Notes under the pieces: model-generated
Seen by the model: the letters and a program-made list of their open reading frames with translations, nothing else
The model's database searches: none
What the model was told of the DNA's origin: nothing
NCBI GenBank assembly: GCA_963718235.1
Contig: CAVQYR010000001.1
Coordinates: 1,920,001-1,984,000 of the forward strand
Direction of reading: 5' to 3'
From: an uncultured Actinomycetota bacterium
Lineage (GTDB): Bacteria > Actinomycetota > Actinomycetes > JAHEKZ01
DNA: 64,000 nt
Made by a program: the position numbers and the translations under genes
Part shown: positions 52,913 to 64,000 of the stretch, one piece after another
How the letters are laid out: every line of letters begins with the position of its first letter
How positions within the stretch are numbered: position 1 is the stretch's first letter

Positions 52913-53515
52913 CTACTGCGAGACGACCTGGTCGACGAACCACCGGTGGATCCGGGTGTCGCCGGTCAGCTCGGGGTGGAAGCTGGTGGCCACCAGGTTG
53001 CCCCGGCGGACCGCAACGATCGTACCCGCGTCCGAGCCGTCGGGGATCCGGGCCAGCACCTCCACGCCGGCCCCCACCGACTCGACCCAGGGCGCCCGGA
53101 TGAACACGGCGTGGAAGTCGGGCTTTCCGACGGCCGACAGGCGGACGTCGGTCTCGAACGAGTCGACCTGCCGGCCGAAGGCGTTGCGGCGCACGGTCAT
53201 GTCGATGCCGCCGATGGTCTCCTGGTCGTCACGACCGTCGAGGACCCGGTCGGCGAGCAGGATCATGCCCGCGCAGGTTCCGTAGACCGGCAGCCCCGCA
53301 GCCACGGCGGCGCGAAGGGGCTGCAACAGCTCGAAGGTCACCGCCAGGCGCGACATGGTGGTCGACTCGCCACCGGGCAGGACCAGCGCGTCGACGGCGT
53401 CCAGCTCGCGCACCCGGCGGACCGTGACCGCTGTGGCCCCGACCTGGCGCAGCGCGGTCAGGTGCTCTCGGACGTCCCCTTGCAGCGCAAGGACCCCGAC
53501 GACCGGCGCCGCCAT
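52913..53515 (-). CDS. pdxT: PLP synthase glutaminase subunit
   Basis: LALQG, PGGEST, GTCAG, RNAFGRQ, FHPE. Confidence 0.96.
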   Translation of the reverse strand: MAAPVVGVLALQGDVREHLTALRQVGATAVTVRRVRELDAVDALVLPGGESTTMSRLAVTFELLQPLRAAVAAGLPVYGTCAGMILLADRVLDGRDDQETIGGIDMTVRRNAFGRQVDSFETDVRLSAVGKPDFHAVFIRAPWVESVGAGVEVLARIPDGSDAGTIVAVRRGNLVATSFHPELTGDTRIHRWFVDQVVSQ

Positions 53516-53543
53516 GCGTTCCCGCCTCTCACCACGTGACGCC

Positions 53544-53571
53544 CCAGGAACCGGTGCGCACCGGTTCCTGG
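53544..53571. repeat. Perfect 28-bp palindrome between pdxS and pdxT
   Basis: ccaggaaccggtgcgcaccggttcctgg is self-complementary. Confidence 0.85.
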
Positions 53572-53577
53572 CCGGTG

Positions 53578-54486
53578 CTACCAGCCGCGGTCGGCGTAGC
53601 GCTCGGACTCAGGGAGCGTGTCGATGTTGATCCCGACCATCGCCTCGCCCAGCCCCCGGGAGACCTTCGCGATGACGTCGGGGTCGTCGTAGAACGTGGT
53701 CGCCTTGACGATGGCTTCGGCCCGCTCGGCCGGGTTCCCCGACTTGAAGATGCCCGATCCCACGAAGACACCCTCAGCGCCCAGCTGCATCATCATGGCG
53801 GCGTCGGAGGGGGTGGCCAGGCCACCCGCGGTGAACAGCACGACAGGCAAGGAGCCACGAGCCGCGACCTCGGCGACGAGCTCGTGCGGGGCGCGCAGCT
53901 CCTTGGCCGCGACGAACAGCTCGGTCTCGTCGAGCGTGGTGAGTCGTCGGATGTCGGCCCGGATCTGGCGCATGTGCCGGGTCGCCTCGACGACGTTCCC
54001 GGTGCCCGCCTCGCCCTTGCTGCGGATCATCGCAGCGCCCTCGGCGATCCGCCGCAGCGCCTCGCCCAGGTTGGTCGCCCCGCACACGAAGGGAACGGTG
54101 AAGGCCCACTTGTCGATGTGGTGCGACTCGTCGGCCGGAGTCAGGACCTCCGACTCGTCGACGTAGTCGACGCCGAGGCTCTGCAGCACCTGCGCCTCGA
54201 CGAAGTGGCCGATCCGGGCCTTGGCCATGACCGGGATCGAGACCGCGGCGATGATCTCGTCGATCATGTCGGGGTCGGACATCCGCGCCACGCCCCCGTC
54301 ACGTCGGATGTCGGCCGGGACCCGCTCGAGCGCCATCACCGCCACGGCTCCGGCGTCCTCGGCGATCTTTGCCTGCTCGGGTGTGACGACATCCATGATC
54401 ACGCCACCCTTGAGCTGCTCGGCCATGCCGCGCTTCACGCGGGCGGTGCCGACCTGGTGGCTGGGCTCGGGCGCGGTGCTGGACAC
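53578..54486 (-). CDS. pdxS: PLP synthase lyase subunit
   Basis: [32 protein letters not shown]. Confidence 0.97.
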   Translation of the reverse strand: MSSTAPEPSHQVGTARVKRGMAEQLKGGVIMDVVTPEQAKIAEDAGAVAVMALERVPADIRRDGGVARMSDPDMIDEIIAAVSIPVMAKARIGHFVEAQVLQSLGVDYVDESEVLTPADESHHIDKWAFTVPFVCGATNLGEALRRIAEGAAMIRSKGEAGTGNVVEATRHMRQIRADIRRLTTLDETELFVAAKELRAPHELVAEVAARGSLPVVLFTAGGLATPSDAAMMMQLGAEGVFVGSGIFKSGNPAERAEAIVKATTFYDDPDVIAKVSRGLGEAMVGINIDTLPESERYADRGW

Positions 54487-54596
54487 AAGAACCTCACTGG
54501 TGACACGGCGGACTCGACGGCAGGGCGTTCGTGCGGGCGAGGCCCGCGGGGCCATGGTACGCGGGCGCCTGCCCCGCGGCTCGGTCAGCCGCGGGG

Positions 54597-55652
54597 TCAG
54601 CGGTCGATCTGCGGGCTGCTGCCCTTGTCGAGGAGGACGATCCAGATCTGGCCCGGGTCCATCGGAAACGGCTGACCGCGGTAGCCCCAGGTGGTTCCGC
54701 CGTCAGGCTGCGGGCGGCTCCAGCGGACCCGCCACATGCGGCCGTCGCGGAAGACCCAGGCATTTCCCCGCCCGACCGTCTCGATCTTCGGGGTCGCTCC
54801 CCCGTTGGAGGACGTGAACTGCGACGGTCCGGAACGCACCGACTGCACGATCACCGTCGTGGCGCCCAACCGCCCGCCCTCCTCGGCCATCGAGGCGTCG
54901 CCGTCACTCGTCAGCAGCCAGCGTCCGTCGGACCGAGACCAGCGGAAGGAGACCGAGGAGTCTGGCCACCGCGCAGACACCGCGCGCACCCGGCGGCCGC
55001 GGTCCGGAGTGGAGGGGTCGAAGGTGAAACCGATGTCCGGCGGCTTGCGTGCCCGGGGTGCTCGGGACAGCAGCACCTCGGGGTCGCCGAAGAAGTCCCA
55101 AGGCGCCGTCCGGCCGGGCTCACGCCAGTAGCCCTCGCCGCTGACGTCACCGCTGACGTTGAACATCCGGGCCCGCGCGAGAAGCGGCTGCATCCCCGGC
55201 CGCGCACCGGAGTACGCGAAGGCGGGCTTGCCGAACTGGCGCAGGATGTCCAGGTCGCTGATCCGGGCACTTCGGACCGGACCGACCTCGTCGGGGTACT
55301 GCGAGGAGAAGACCGCCATGAACCGGGTCAGCCCGTACTCGACCTCCTCGACGTAGACGAGGTCGGCCGACTGAAGCCCGGCTTGGGGGTGGCTGAACAC
55401 CGTGTTGTCGATCTTGACGGCGAGCACCGGGCCGTCGTCGCCGATCCGCCCGCTCAGGAGGGTGCGCGGAGGCGTGGGCGAGGGCGACGGCGAGGTCGCC
55501 AACGGCTGCACCGACGCGGGTGGCTCGGATCCCGAGCAGGCCACCGCTGCCGGCCCGACCAGGGCGACGGCGACCAGGGTTGCTGCTGTCCGGACGGTCC
55601 ACCGGGACGGTCGGACCGTCCGGACAGCAGCAACCGACGGGGAAGGGGCCAC
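54597..55652 (-). CDS. DUF3048 family lipoprotein
   Basis: Lipobox VAC; AVKIDN, PQAGL..AD.VYVEEVE.GLTR, GPVRSAR. Confidence 0.85.
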   Translation of the reverse strand: MAPSPSVAAVRTVRPSRWTVRTAATLVAVALVGPAAVACSGSEPPASVQPLATSPSPSPTPPRTLLSGRIGDDGPVLAVKIDNTVFSHPQAGLQSADLVYVEEVEYGLTRFMAVFSSQYPDEVGPVRSARISDLDILRQFGKPAFAYSGARPGMQPLLARARMFNVSGDVSGEGYWREPGRTAPWDFFGDPEVLLSRAPRARKPPDIGFTFDPSTPDRGRRVRAVSARWPDSSVSFRWSRSDGRWLLTSDGDASMAEEGGRLGATTVIVQSVRSGPSQFTSSNGGATPKIETVGRGNAWVFRDGRMWRVRWSRPQPDGGTTWGYRGQPFPMDPGQIWIVLLDKGSSPQIDR

Positions 55653-55661
55653 TCGTGAAGG

Positions 55662-56219
55662 TTAGGCGCCAGAACCGGGAGAACCGGACAACGACGTCGG
55701 CGGCGCGTCGTCCAGCTCGATGCTCCTGGGGGCCGGGCTGTGACCGGACAACCGGAAGAGGCGCACGAGCGGCCGACCCCGCAGCTCTCGGGCGGCCCGC
55801 ACGGCGTCGTTGTGGAACCGCCGGGCGAGCACGACCCGGTCGCAGGCCTGACGCAGGTCGGCGACCAGCTGCCGACCGACCGGGTCGTCGTTCAGGTCGA
55901 CAGCACCCCCTGCCTCGTCGAGCACCGCCCGCAGGTCCTGGCTCAGGGCACTCTCGGCCGCCTCACGCTCGGGCCCGGACGCCGCCTGGGCGTCGTGGGC
56001 CGCCTGCCCGAGCAGGACGGCGCTCGCCGGGTCGAAGATCCCGCTGGACGCGATCTCGGCGACGACCGCCGACCGCCGCACGAGCTGGGCGTCCAGCGCG
56101 TCATGGGCCGCTTCGAGCCGGACGTTCAGCCGGTCGACCCGGCCGGCCAGTCCCCGCAGGAACAGACCGAGCAGGGCGAGTACACCCACCACCGCGAGCA
56201 GCCACCACGGAGCGTTCAC
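55662..56219 (-). CDS. Conserved membrane-anchored protein (LemA-like) of the PIM operon
   Basis: AGRVDRL, LDAQLVRR, ARRFHNDAV, RLFRLSG. Confidence 0.8.
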   Translation of the reverse strand: MNAPWWLLAVVGVLALLGLFLRGLAGRVDRLNVRLEAAHDALDAQLVRRSAVVAEIASSGIFDPASAVLLGQAAHDAQAASGPEREAAESALSQDLRAVLDEAGGAVDLNDDPVGRQLVADLRQACDRVVLARRFHNDAVRAARELRGRPLVRLFRLSGHSPAPRSIELDDAPPTSLSGSPGSGA

Positions 56220-56234
56220 GCCGGTCGTGCCCCC

Positions 56235-57416
56235 TCAGTCATGGCGACCGCCTCGCAGCCGGCCCGCGAACATGCCTGGCCCCTGCCGGTCGTCCTCGCG
56301 CACCGGGTGACCGGGCACGACCACCGTCTCGTACACATCGACGATCTCGGCGGCGACGGTGTCCCAGTCGTAGCGCTGGACGACCTGGTAGCCCCTGGCC
56401 CGGAACGCGTCCCGGCGCGGGGCGTCACCGAGCAGGTCGACGGTCGCGTCGGCGAGAGCAGCGGCGTCCTCGACCGGCGTGAGCACCCCGGCGCTGCCGC
56501 CGTCGAGCACCGCCTCGAAGGCGACGAGGTCGCTGGCGACGACCGGCGCCCCGGCCGCCATCGCCTCCAGCAGGACGATGCCGAAGCTCTCCCCACCGGT
56601 GTTCGGCGTGACCAGGAGGTCGACCCCGTGCAGCATTGCCGCCTTGTCGGCCTCGTCGATCCGCCCGAGGAAGGTGACCCGGTCGTGCAGGGCACGGGGC
56701 AGCAGTCCGCGCGCGTCGTCCTCGTCTCCCGGGCCGGCGACCAGCAGCCGGGCCGACGGGACCCGCTCGGCGATCCTCGGGAAGGCCGCCATCAGCACCG
56801 GCAGGCCCTTGCGCGGCTCGTCGAGGCGGCCGATGAACCCGATCGTGTCGTTGCCGCGCTCCCACCCGGGAAGCGTCTGGTCCCCAGCGAACCGACGGGT
56901 GTCCACGCCGTTGGGGATCAAGACCGCGTCTCCCCCGAGGTGCTGGACGACGGTGCGACGCGCCTCCTCGCTCACCGCGATCCGGGCGCTCACCTTCTCC
57001 AGCGTGGCCGACAGCAGGCCATAGCCGGCGACCATCGGCCACACCCGACCCTCGTACGAGGCGTGGAAGGTGGCCACGATCGGCCCGATCGCCGCCCAGC
57101 ACGCCACCATGCCGATGCTCGGAGAGATCGGCGAGTGGACGTGCAGCACGTCAAACTCGCCCTCGCGCAGCCAGCGGCGCACCCGGGACGCGGACACCGG
57201 CCCGAACGCCAGGCGGGCCACCGAGCCGTTGTGCCGGACCGGCAGCGCGCGCCCGACGCTGACGACGTAGGGCTCCTCGATGGCGTCCTCGTCGCCGGGT
57301 GCGAGCACGGAGACCTCGTGACCCAGCTCGAGCAGCTTCTCGGCGAGGTCGCGGACGTGGTACTGCACGCCACCGGGGACGTCCCAGGCAAACGGGCACA
57401 CGATGCCGACCCTCAT
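56235..57416 (-). CDS. pimA: Phosphatidyl-myo-inositol mannosyltransferase (GT4)
   Basis: CPFAWDVPGGVQ, EPRKG, GESFGIVLLEAMA; PIM operon context. Confidence 0.88.
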   Translation of the reverse strand: MRVGIVCPFAWDVPGGVQYHVRDLAEKLLELGHEVSVLAPGDEDAIEEPYVVSVGRALPVRHNGSVARLAFGPVSASRVRRWLREGEFDVLHVHSPISPSIGMVACWAAIGPIVATFHASYEGRVWPMVAGYGLLSATLEKVSARIAVSEEARRTVVQHLGGDAVLIPNGVDTRRFAGDQTLPGWERGNDTIGFIGRLDEPRKGLPVLMAAFPRIAERVPSARLLVAGPGDEDDARGLLPRALHDRVTFLGRIDEADKAAMLHGVDLLVTPNTGGESFGIVLLEAMAAGAPVVASDLVAFEAVLDGGSAGVLTPVEDAAALADATVDLLGDAPRRDAFRARGYQVVQRYDWDTVAAEIVDVYETVVVPGHPVREDDRQGPGMFAGRLRGGRHD

Positions 57417-58333
57417 CGCGATTTCCCTTCGTCTCCTTCATCACCGTCGAGCCAGACCCGTTGCAGCATGTGCCAGTCGGCCGGGTGCTCGGTGATGGCC
57501 CGGCCGAGGACGTCGGCGAACTGCTGGGTGAGGTCGGCCACGGCGTCGCGGAACCGGAGTCCGGGCGACGCCGTCAGCCGCTCGTGGATGCGAAGGTGGG
57601 TGTGGGTCTCGTCGTACCAGGAGGACATCGGGAGCAGCGCCGCGCCGGCCCGCTGCGCCAGCGCGGCCGGCCCACCGGGCATCCGAGCCGGTCTACCGAG
57701 CAGCGTGACGTCGACCGCGCTGTGCGCCAGGTCACGATCGGCGAGCAGGGCCAGGACCCGCCCCTGGCGCAGGTGGGCCAGCAGCTCGGTCGTCAGGTCA
57801 CGGTCACCGGTCAGGGGCAGGATCTGCATCCCCAGCGACTCGCGGTAGACGACGAACCGCTCGAAGAGGCGTTCTGGTCGGAGCCGCTCGGCCACCGAGG
57901 TGACGGCGATCCCCTGCCCGGCCGCCCAGGCGGCCACGTGGTCCCAGTTGCCCAGATGTCCGGCGACGACGACCACCCCCTGACCCTCCGCGATTGCGTC
58001 GTCCAACAGGTCGCGGTCGTGGACGACCATGCGTCGCTCGACCTCGGCCGCAGACCACGTCGGGAGTCGGAAGGTCTCTCTCCAGTAGCGCAGGTAGGAG
58101 CGCATCGCGGCCCGGGTGAGTGCCTCCAGCTCGTGGTCAGAGGCTTCGGGGACGACGTGGGCGAGGTTGCGTCGCAGCTGACCGACCCTCTTCCCGTCAA
58201 GACGGTGGGCGAGGTCCCCGGCGGTGTCGAAGAGGGTGCGCGCTGCGGGTTCGGGCAGTCGTTTCACCGCCGACCAGCCGGTCGCGTACGTGAGGTCGCT
58301 GGCCCGGTCGCGCACGGGCGTGAGCAGGCTCAC
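57413..58333 (-). CDS. patA: Phosphatidylinositol mannoside acyltransferase
   Basis: SYLRYWRETFRLP, HLGNWD, LLADRD, DWHMLQ. Confidence 0.88.
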   Translation of the reverse strand: MSLLTPVRDRASDLTYATGWSAVKRLPEPAARTLFDTAGDLAHRLDGKRVGQLRRNLAHVVPEASDHELEALTRAAMRSYLRYWRETFRLPTWSAAEVERRMVVHDRDLLDDAIAEGQGVVVVAGHLGNWDHVAAWAAGQGIAVTSVAERLRPERLFERFVVYRESLGMQILPLTGDRDLTTELLAHLRQGRVLALLADRDLAHSAVDVTLLGRPARMPGGPAALAQRAGAALLPMSSWYDETHTHLRIHERLTASPGLRFRDAVADLTQQFADVLGRAITEHPADWHMLQRVWLDGDEGDEGKSR

Positions 58334-58950
58334 GTGGCCTGGCTCGACGCCTGGCGGCGCACGACGACCATGCGTTGCAGGACGGTGACCCAGGCCACGG
58401 CCGCGAGCACCCAGACACCGACGTCCATGAACACCGGGCGCCACGCGGCCAGCAGTGCGAACACCCCCAGGATCACCAGCCGCTCGGTCCGCTCGCCGAA
58501 GCCCACGTCGGCCCGAAGCCCCAGGCCCTCCGCGCGGGCCCTTGCGTAGGACACCAGGAAGCTGCCGACCAGGGCCAGCCCGCACGCACCGACCATCAGG
58601 ACGTCTGCGTCGGGCTCGGCCTGGGCGTAGTACAGGGCCAGGGCCACGAAGACCGCTGCATCGGTGACCCGGTCGAGGGTGCTGTCCAGGAAGGCGCCCC
58701 AGTCCGACGAGCGTCCGGACAGTCGGGCCATCGTCCCGTCGAGTGCGTCGAAGAACGCGAACAGACCCACCAGCAGCGTCGCCTGCCAGAACATCCCTCG
58801 CGGCAGGAACCACAGCGCCACCGCCGAGGCCGCGACCGTTCCGACCACGGTGACGACGTCGGGACTCACCTTCGCGCGCAGCAGCAGCCTGGCCGGGGGA
58901 GTCATCACGCCACGGATGACGGCGCGGCCCTGTTCGGTGAGAGTGCCCAT
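58330..58950 (-). CDS. pgsA: Phosphatidylinositol phosphate synthase
   Basis: DALDGTMAR..GAFLDSTLDR CDP-alcohol phosphotransferase motif. Confidence 0.9.
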   Translation of the reverse strand: MGTLTEQGRAVIRGVMTPPARLLLRAKVSPDVVTVVGTVAASAVALWFLPRGMFWQATLLVGLFAFFDALDGTMARLSGRSSDWGAFLDSTLDRVTDAAVFVALALYYAQAEPDADVLMVGACGLALVGSFLVSYARARAEGLGLRADVGFGERTERLVILGVFALLAAWRPVFMDVGVWVLAAVAWVTVLQRMVVVRRQASSQAT

Positions 58951-59045
58951 CGTCTGGTCAGCGTAGCGAGGGACCCTCCGGCCCTTGTGCGGATGCCGGA
59001 GCCGGGTGAAGTCTGGGGCGACGATCGATGTCAAGGAGGCACGTC

Positions 59046-61184
59046 ATGGCAGACAAGGGGGCCGCGCCGGGCACACCACCCGTGGCCGACCGACCCGCGG
59101 ACATCCGCAACGTGGTCCTGGTCGGCCACAGTGGGGCCGGCAAGACGACGTTGGTCGAGGCACTGCTGGTTCACACCGGCACGATCGCCCGGGCCGGCCG
59201 GGTGGAGGACGGCACGACCGTGTCCGACTTCGACGACGCCGAGCACCGCCAGCAGCGCAGCGTCTCTCTCACCGTGGCGCCGTTCTCCGCCGAGGGCATC
59301 AAGGTGAACCTGCTCGACACCCCTGGCTACGCGGACTTCGTGGGCGACCTGAGGGCCGGCCTGCGGGGAGCCGACGCGGCGCTGTTCGTCCTGTCGGCCA
59401 CCGAGGACATCGACGGTCCGACCGTGATGCTGTGGGAGGAGTGCGCGGCGGTCGGGATGCCTCGGGCTGTGGTGATCAACAAGGTCGACGCGACCCGCGC
59501 CCACTACGACGACGTCCTGGCCGAGGCGCAGCAGGCCTTCGGTGAGGGCGTGCTCCCCCTGTACCTGCCGATGATGGCCGACGACGAGCGCGTGGCCGGG
59601 CTGATCGCCCTGCTGAGCCAGCGGATCGACGACTACAGCAGCGGGAGTCGCACGGTGCGCGAGCCGGAGAGCCAGCACCTCGAGATCATCGAACCCCACC
59701 GCAACGCGCTGATCGAGGGGATCATCGCCGAGTCGGAGGACGAGACGCTGATGGAGCGCTACCTCGGGGGCGAGGACATCGACTTCGACACCCTGGTGGC
59801 CGACCTCGAGAAGGCGGTCGCCCGTGGGTCCTTCTACCCCGTGATCCCGGTGGCTTCGACCACAGGGCTCGGCGTGGCCGAGGTCGTCGAGCTGGTCACC
59901 CGGGCCTTCCCCTCACCGTTGGAGCACTCCGTGCCGCCGGTGGCCACGCCCTCCGGCGACCCGCGCGGGCCGCTGTCGGCGGATCCGCAGGGCCCCCTGG
60001 TCGCCGAGGTCGTCAAGACCGTCAGCGACCCCTACGTCGGCCGGATCAGTCTGGTCCGGGTCTTCTCCGGGACGCTGCGCCCCGACGTGGTGGTGCATGT
60101 CAGCGGCCACGGCCTCGCCGAGCGCGGCCACGAGGACCACGACGTCGACGAGAAGATCGGAGCCCTGTCCTCCCCCCTCGGGAAGACCCAGCGCACGGTC
60201 TCGAAGTGCATCGCCGGCGACGTCTGCGCGGTCTCCAAGCTGGCCAGGGCCGAGACCGGCGACACGCTGTCCGACAAGGAACAGCCCCTGCTGATGGAGC
60301 CGTGGGTGATGCCCGAGCCGCTGCTACCCGTCGCCATCGTCGCCCGCAGCAAGGCCGACGAGGACAAGCTGTCCCAGGGTCTGGGCCGGCTCGTGGCCGA
60401 GGACCCGACGATGCGCCTGGAGCACAACGCCTCCACCCACCAGCTGGTCATCTGGGCCCTGGGCGAGGCCCACGTCGACGTCCTGCTGGACCGGCTGGCC
60501 AACCGCTACGGCGTTGCGGTCGACGCCGTGCCGCTCCGGGTGCCTCTGCGCGAGACCTTCAGCGGGTCGAGCAAGGGGCACGGCCGGCACGTCAAGCAGT
60601 CCGGCGGCCACGGACAGTTCGCCGTCTGCGACATCGAGGTCGAGGCCCTGCCCGAAGGAGCAGGGTTCGAGTTCGTCGACAAGGTCGTCGGAGGGTCCGT
60701 CCCCCGGCAGTTCATCACCAGCGTCGAGAAGGGCGTACGCGCGCAGATGGAGCGCGGGGTCACCGCCGGATACCCGGTGGTCGACATCCGGGTCACCCTC
60801 GTCGACGGCAAGGCGCACTCGGTCGACTCCTCGGACATGGCGTTCCAGACGGCCGGTGCGCTGGCGCTGAAGGAGGCAGCCAGAGCCGGGTCGGTCCAGC
60901 TGCTCGAGCCAGTGTCACAGGTCAGCGTCCTGGTCGACGACGGCTATGTGGGATCGGTGATGGGTGACCTGTCCGGCCGCCGGGGCCGGGTGTCCGGCAC
61001 CGAGCCGGTCGGGATCGGGCGCACACTGATCCGGGCCGAGGTTCCCGACCTGGAGCTGGTCCGCTACGCCGTCGACCTGCGCTCGCTGTCCCACGGCACC
61101 GGGTCCTTCACCCGGTCCCACGCCCACTACGAGGCCATGCCGCCCCAGCTCGCCGCCCAGCTCCACTCCGACCCCTCAAGTTGA
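59046..61184 (+). CDS. Elongation factor G-like protein EF-G2
   Basis: GHSGAGKTT, DTPGYADF, NKVD, KQSGGHGQF, HSVDSS. Confidence 0.92.
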   Translation: MADKGAAPGTPPVADRPADIRNVVLVGHSGAGKTTLVEALLVHTGTIARAGRVEDGTTVSDFDDAEHRQQRSVSLTVAPFSAEGIKVNLLDTPGYADFVGDLRAGLRGADAALFVLSATEDIDGPTVMLWEECAAVGMPRAVVINKVDATRAHYDDVLAEAQQAFGEGVLPLYLPMMADDERVAGLIALLSQRIDDYSSGSRTVREPESQHLEIIEPHRNALIEGIIAESEDETLMERYLGGEDIDFDTLVADLEKAVARGSFYPVIPVASTTGLGVAEVVELVTRAFPSPLEHSVPPVATPSGDPRGPLSADPQGPLVAEVVKTVSDPYVGRISLVRVFSGTLRPDVVVHVSGHGLAERGHEDHDVDEKIGALSSPLGKTQRTVSKCIAGDVCAVSKLARAETGDTLSDKEQPLLMEPWVMPEPLLPVAIVARSKADEDKLSQGLGRLVAEDPTMRLEHNASTHQLVIWALGEAHVDVLLDRLANRYGVAVDAVPLRVPLRETFSGSSKGHGRHVKQSGGHGQFAVCDIEVEALPEGAGFEFVDKVVGGSVPRQFITSVEKGVRAQMERGVTAGYPVVDIRVTLVDGKAHSVDSSDMAFQTAGALALKEAARAGSVQLLEPVSQVSVLVDDGYVGSVMGDLSGRRGRVSGTEPVGIGRTLIRAEVPDLELVRYAVDLRSLSHGTGSFTRSHAHYEAMPPQLAAQLHSDPSS

Positions 61185-61244
61185 TCATGGAGATGATCTG
61201 CCAGCTCAACCGCTCAGAGGCGCAACTTCTCCATGATCAACTTG
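61177..61244. repeat. 17-bp inverted repeat, REP/MITE-like or terminator
   Basis: caagttgatcatggaga ... tctccatgatcaacttg between convergent genes. Confidence 0.75.
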
Positions 61245-61277
61245 GCCGTGGAGGGCCGGCTGGGAATGGGAGCCGGG

Positions 61278-61793
61278 TCAGGGCGTCGGCCAGGCCTCGG
61301 CGACGAGCGCGCGGGTCTGCGCCAGCAGCTGGGGCAGCACCCTGGTCTGCCCGACGACAGGCATGAAGTTGGTGTCCCCACCCCACCGCGGGACCACGTG
61401 CTGGTGCAGGTGGGCGGCGATCCCGGCACCTGACACCGAACCCTGGTTCATACCCACGTTGAACCCGTGCGCCCCGCTGCACGCCCGGAGCGCGACCATC
61501 GCCTCCTGGGTCAGCAGCCCCAGCTCCAGCGTCTCCTCGGCGCTGCAGTCGGTGTAGTCGGCGACGTGGCGGTACGGACAGACCAGGACGTGTCCGGCGT
61601 TGTACGGGTACAGGTTGAGGACGGCGTAGCACAGCGCACCACGTCGAACGACGAGCCCGTCCTCGTCTGACATCGACGGGGCCTGGCAGAACGGGCACTG
61701 CTCCTCACCGTCGTCGACGGGCTTGTCCTGCCCACGGATGTATGCCATGCGATGGGGAGTCCACAGCCGGTCGAACACCCCCGGGTCGGTCAC
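61278..61793 (-). CDS. HIT family protein (Ap4A phosphorylase-like)
   Basis: [31 protein letters not shown]. Confidence 0.92.
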   Translation of the reverse strand: MTDPGVFDRLWTPHRMAYIRGQDKPVDDGEEQCPFCQAPSMSDEDGLVVRRGALCYAVLNLYPYNAGHVLVCPYRHVADYTDCSAEETLELGLLTQEAMVALRACSGAHGFNVGMNQGSVSGAGIAAHLHQHVVPRWGGDTNFMPVVGQTRVLPQLLAQTRALVAEAWPTP

Positions 61794-63793
61794 GCGCGGG
61801 CTCGCTCGGCGACCCCGCGCACGATCTCGGCCACGGCGTCCTCGATCGGGACCCCGTTGTTCTGTGTTCCGTCGCGATACCGGAACGACACCGCACCCTT
61901 CGACACGTCGTCGTCGCCGGCGATGAGCATGAACGGCACCTTGTGTCGCTGCGCGTTGCGGATCTTCTTCTGCATGCGGTCGTCGGAGGTGTCGACCTCG
62001 ACCCGCACCCCCTCGGCCCTCAGCCGGGTCGCGACGTCCTTCAGGTACTCGACGTGCTCATCGGTGATCGGGATCCCCACCACCTGGACCGGCGCCAGCC
62101 AGGGAGGGAACGCGCCGGCGTAGTGCTCCAGCAGGATGGCGAAGAACCGCTCGATCGAGCCGAACAGCGCGCGGTGGATCATGATCGGCTGCTGTCGGGT
62201 GCCGTCGGACGCCTGGTACTCCAGCTCGAACCGCTGAGGGCCCTGGAAGTCGACCTGGATGGTCGACATCTGCCAGGTGCGCCCGATCGCGTCCTTGGCC
62301 TGAACCGAGATCTTCGGGCCGTAGAACGCGGCGCCGCCCTCGTCGGGCACCAGCTCGAGGTCCTGCTTCTCCGCAGCCTGACGCAGCGCCTCGGTCGCCT
62401 CGGCCCACTCTGCGTCGGTACCGATCGACTTCTCCGGGTCGCGGGTGGACAGCTCGAGGTAGAAGTCGTCGAGCCCGTAGTCGCGCAGCAGCTCGAGGAC
62501 GAAGGTCAAGAGGCTGTCGAGCTCACCAGGCATCTGCTCCTTGGTGCAGTAGATGTGCGCGTCGTCCTGGGTCATGCCCCGCACCCGGGTCAGCCCGTGC
62601 ACGACGCCGGACTTCTCGTACCGGTAGACCGACCCGAACTCGAACAGCCGCAGGGGCAGCTCTCGGTACGACCGCCCTCTGGCTTTGAAGATGAGGTTGT
62701 GGAAGGGACAGTTCATCGGCTTCAGGTAGTAGTCCTGAGCCGCCCGCCGCAGGTTTCCCTCACTGTCGTACTCGGCGTCCAGCTGCATGGGTGGGTACAT
62801 GCCGTCGGCGTACCACTGCAGGTGACCGGACTGCTCGAACAGCGCCGCCTTCGTGATGTGCGGGCTGTACACGAACTCGTAGCCTCCCTCCTCGTGCCGA
62901 CGCCGTGAGTAGTCCTCCATCGCCCTGCGCACGATGCCGCCTTTGGGGTGGAACACCGCCAACCCGGACCCGATCTCCTCGGGGAAGCTGAACAGGTCGA
63001 GGTCGACACCGAGCCGACGGTGGTCACGACGCTCGGCCTCCTCGAGCAGATGGAGGTACTCCTTGAGCGCCTCGCGGCTGGGCCACGCCGTGCCGTAGAT
63101 CCGCTGGAGCTGCGGGTTGTGCTCGCTTCCCCGCCAGTAGGCCGCCGCAACGCGCATCAGCTTGAACGCCGGGATGAGCCGGGTCGACGGCAGGTGTGGT
63201 CCCCGGCACAGGTCGGTCCAACAGCGCTCATCGGTTCGGGGCGCCACGTTGTCGTACATCGTGAGCTCGCTGCCCCCGACCTCCATCACGTCGGTCAGGT
63301 CGTCCGGGGAGGCCTGACCGCCCTTGAGTCCGATCAGCTCGAGCTTGTACGGCTCGTTGCGCAGCTCGGCCCGTGCCTCTGCGTCGGTGACGACCCTGCG
63401 CTCGAACCGCTGGCCCGCCTTGACGATCCGCTGCATACGCTTCTCGAGCCGAGCAAGGTCGTCGGGTGTGAAGGGTGTCTCCACGTCGAAGTCGTAGTAG
63501 AAGCCATCGGCAACCGGAGGGCCGATCCCCAGTCGAGCCTCCGGGAACTCCTCCTGGACGGCCTGGGCGAGCACGTGCGCCGTGGAGTGACGAAGCACTG
63601 CCAGGCCTTCGGGCGAGTCGATGGCGACCGGCTCGACGACGTCTTCGTCGCTGAGCTCCCACGTGAGGTCTCGCAGCTCACCGTTCACCATCGCGACCAC
63701 GACCGACCGGTCACTGGCGAACAGCTCAGCAGCCGTGGTGCCAGCGTCGACCGCTCGGTGGTCCCCGGCGACGACGACTACGACCTCGGGCAC
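61790..63793 (-). CDS. thrS: Threonine--tRNA ligase
   Basis: [36 protein letters not shown]. Confidence 0.97.
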   Translation of the reverse strand: MPEVVVVVAGDHRAVDAGTTAAELFASDRSVVVAMVNGELRDLTWELSDEDVVEPVAIDSPEGLAVLRHSTAHVLAQAVQEEFPEARLGIGPPVADGFYYDFDVETPFTPDDLARLEKRMQRIVKAGQRFERRVVTDAEARAELRNEPYKLELIGLKGGQASPDDLTDVMEVGGSELTMYDNVAPRTDERCWTDLCRGPHLPSTRLIPAFKLMRVAAAYWRGSEHNPQLQRIYGTAWPSREALKEYLHLLEEAERRDHRRLGVDLDLFSFPEEIGSGLAVFHPKGGIVRRAMEDYSRRRHEEGGYEFVYSPHITKAALFEQSGHLQWYADGMYPPMQLDAEYDSEGNLRRAAQDYYLKPMNCPFHNLIFKARGRSYRELPLRLFEFGSVYRYEKSGVVHGLTRVRGMTQDDAHIYCTKEQMPGELDSLLTFVLELLRDYGLDDFYLELSTRDPEKSIGTDAEWAEATEALRQAAEKQDLELVPDEGGAAFYGPKISVQAKDAIGRTWQMSTIQVDFQGPQRFELEYQASDGTRQQPIMIHRALFGSIERFFAILLEHYAGAFPPWLAPVQVVGIPITDEHVEYLKDVATRLRAEGVRVEVDTSDDRMQKKIRNAQRHKVPFMLIAGDDDVSKGAVSFRYRDGTQNNGVPIEDAVAEIVRGVAERARA

Positions 63794-63873
63794 AGCTGCC
63801 TCCGACTCATGGGTGGTCGCGGGGTGGGTCCCCGCCGACTCACTTCGAGCCTAGCCATCTCCGCAAGCCGGAT

Positions 63874-63999
63874 TCAGCGTGCCGTGACCTTCATCCGGTA
63901 GAGGCCACCGCCGTACGTGACCGCCCAGATCTCACCTCGGTCGTCGACGCCGAACGAGGATGGACCGGCGTACTCGCTGCCGAGGCGCTGCGACTGGAG
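63874..63999 (-). CDS. C-terminal fragment, probably PQQ-dependent sugar dehydrogenase family (runs off window)
   Basis: Manual translation ...SSFGVDDRGEIWAVTYGGGLYRMKVTAR*. Confidence 0.55.
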   Translation of the reverse strand, partial: LQSQRLGSEYAGPSSFGVDDRGEIWAVTYGGGLYRMKVTAR

Positions 64000-64000
64000 C

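Noticed and set aside
59046-61184. EF-G paralogue as a tetracycline ribosomal protection protein or a novelty
   Set aside because: Its motifs and its position between pgsA and the HIT gene match the common actinobacterial EF-G2.

Overview
High-GC actinobacterial chromosome segment. The housekeeping backbone runs: livHMGF plus a convergent substrate-binding lipoprotein, tRNA-Leu(CAA), nusB-efp-pepQ-aroQ-aroB-aroK-aroC, aroE-mltG-ruvX-alaS-rarA-aspS-hisS, rel-apt-secFD-yajC-ruvBAC-yebC-pdxTS, pimA-acyltransferase-pgsA, EF-G2, HIT and thrS. Between aroE and aroC lies a ~20 kb minus-strand type IVa pilus locus with pilB, pilT, pilC, three major-type pilins, three minor pilins, pilD and pilMNO, and no secretin. 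It is led by a Roadblock/LC7 + DUF4388-like + small-GTPase (MglB/MglA- or conservon-like) module and an O-antigen-ligase-family gene. Reading the DNA shows five exact and two near copies of a sigma28/FliA/WhiG-type promoter (CTCAAG-N15-GCCGA) in front of its sub-operons, a c-di-GMP-I riboswitch ahead of the first pilin, and covarying hairpins after the duplicated pilins. The ABC substrate-binding protein appears to be circularly permuted. Four apparent frameshifts, one in essential hisS, suggest assembly indel errors. All family assignments come from motif recognition, not database searches. Many start codons were re-chosen by eye.
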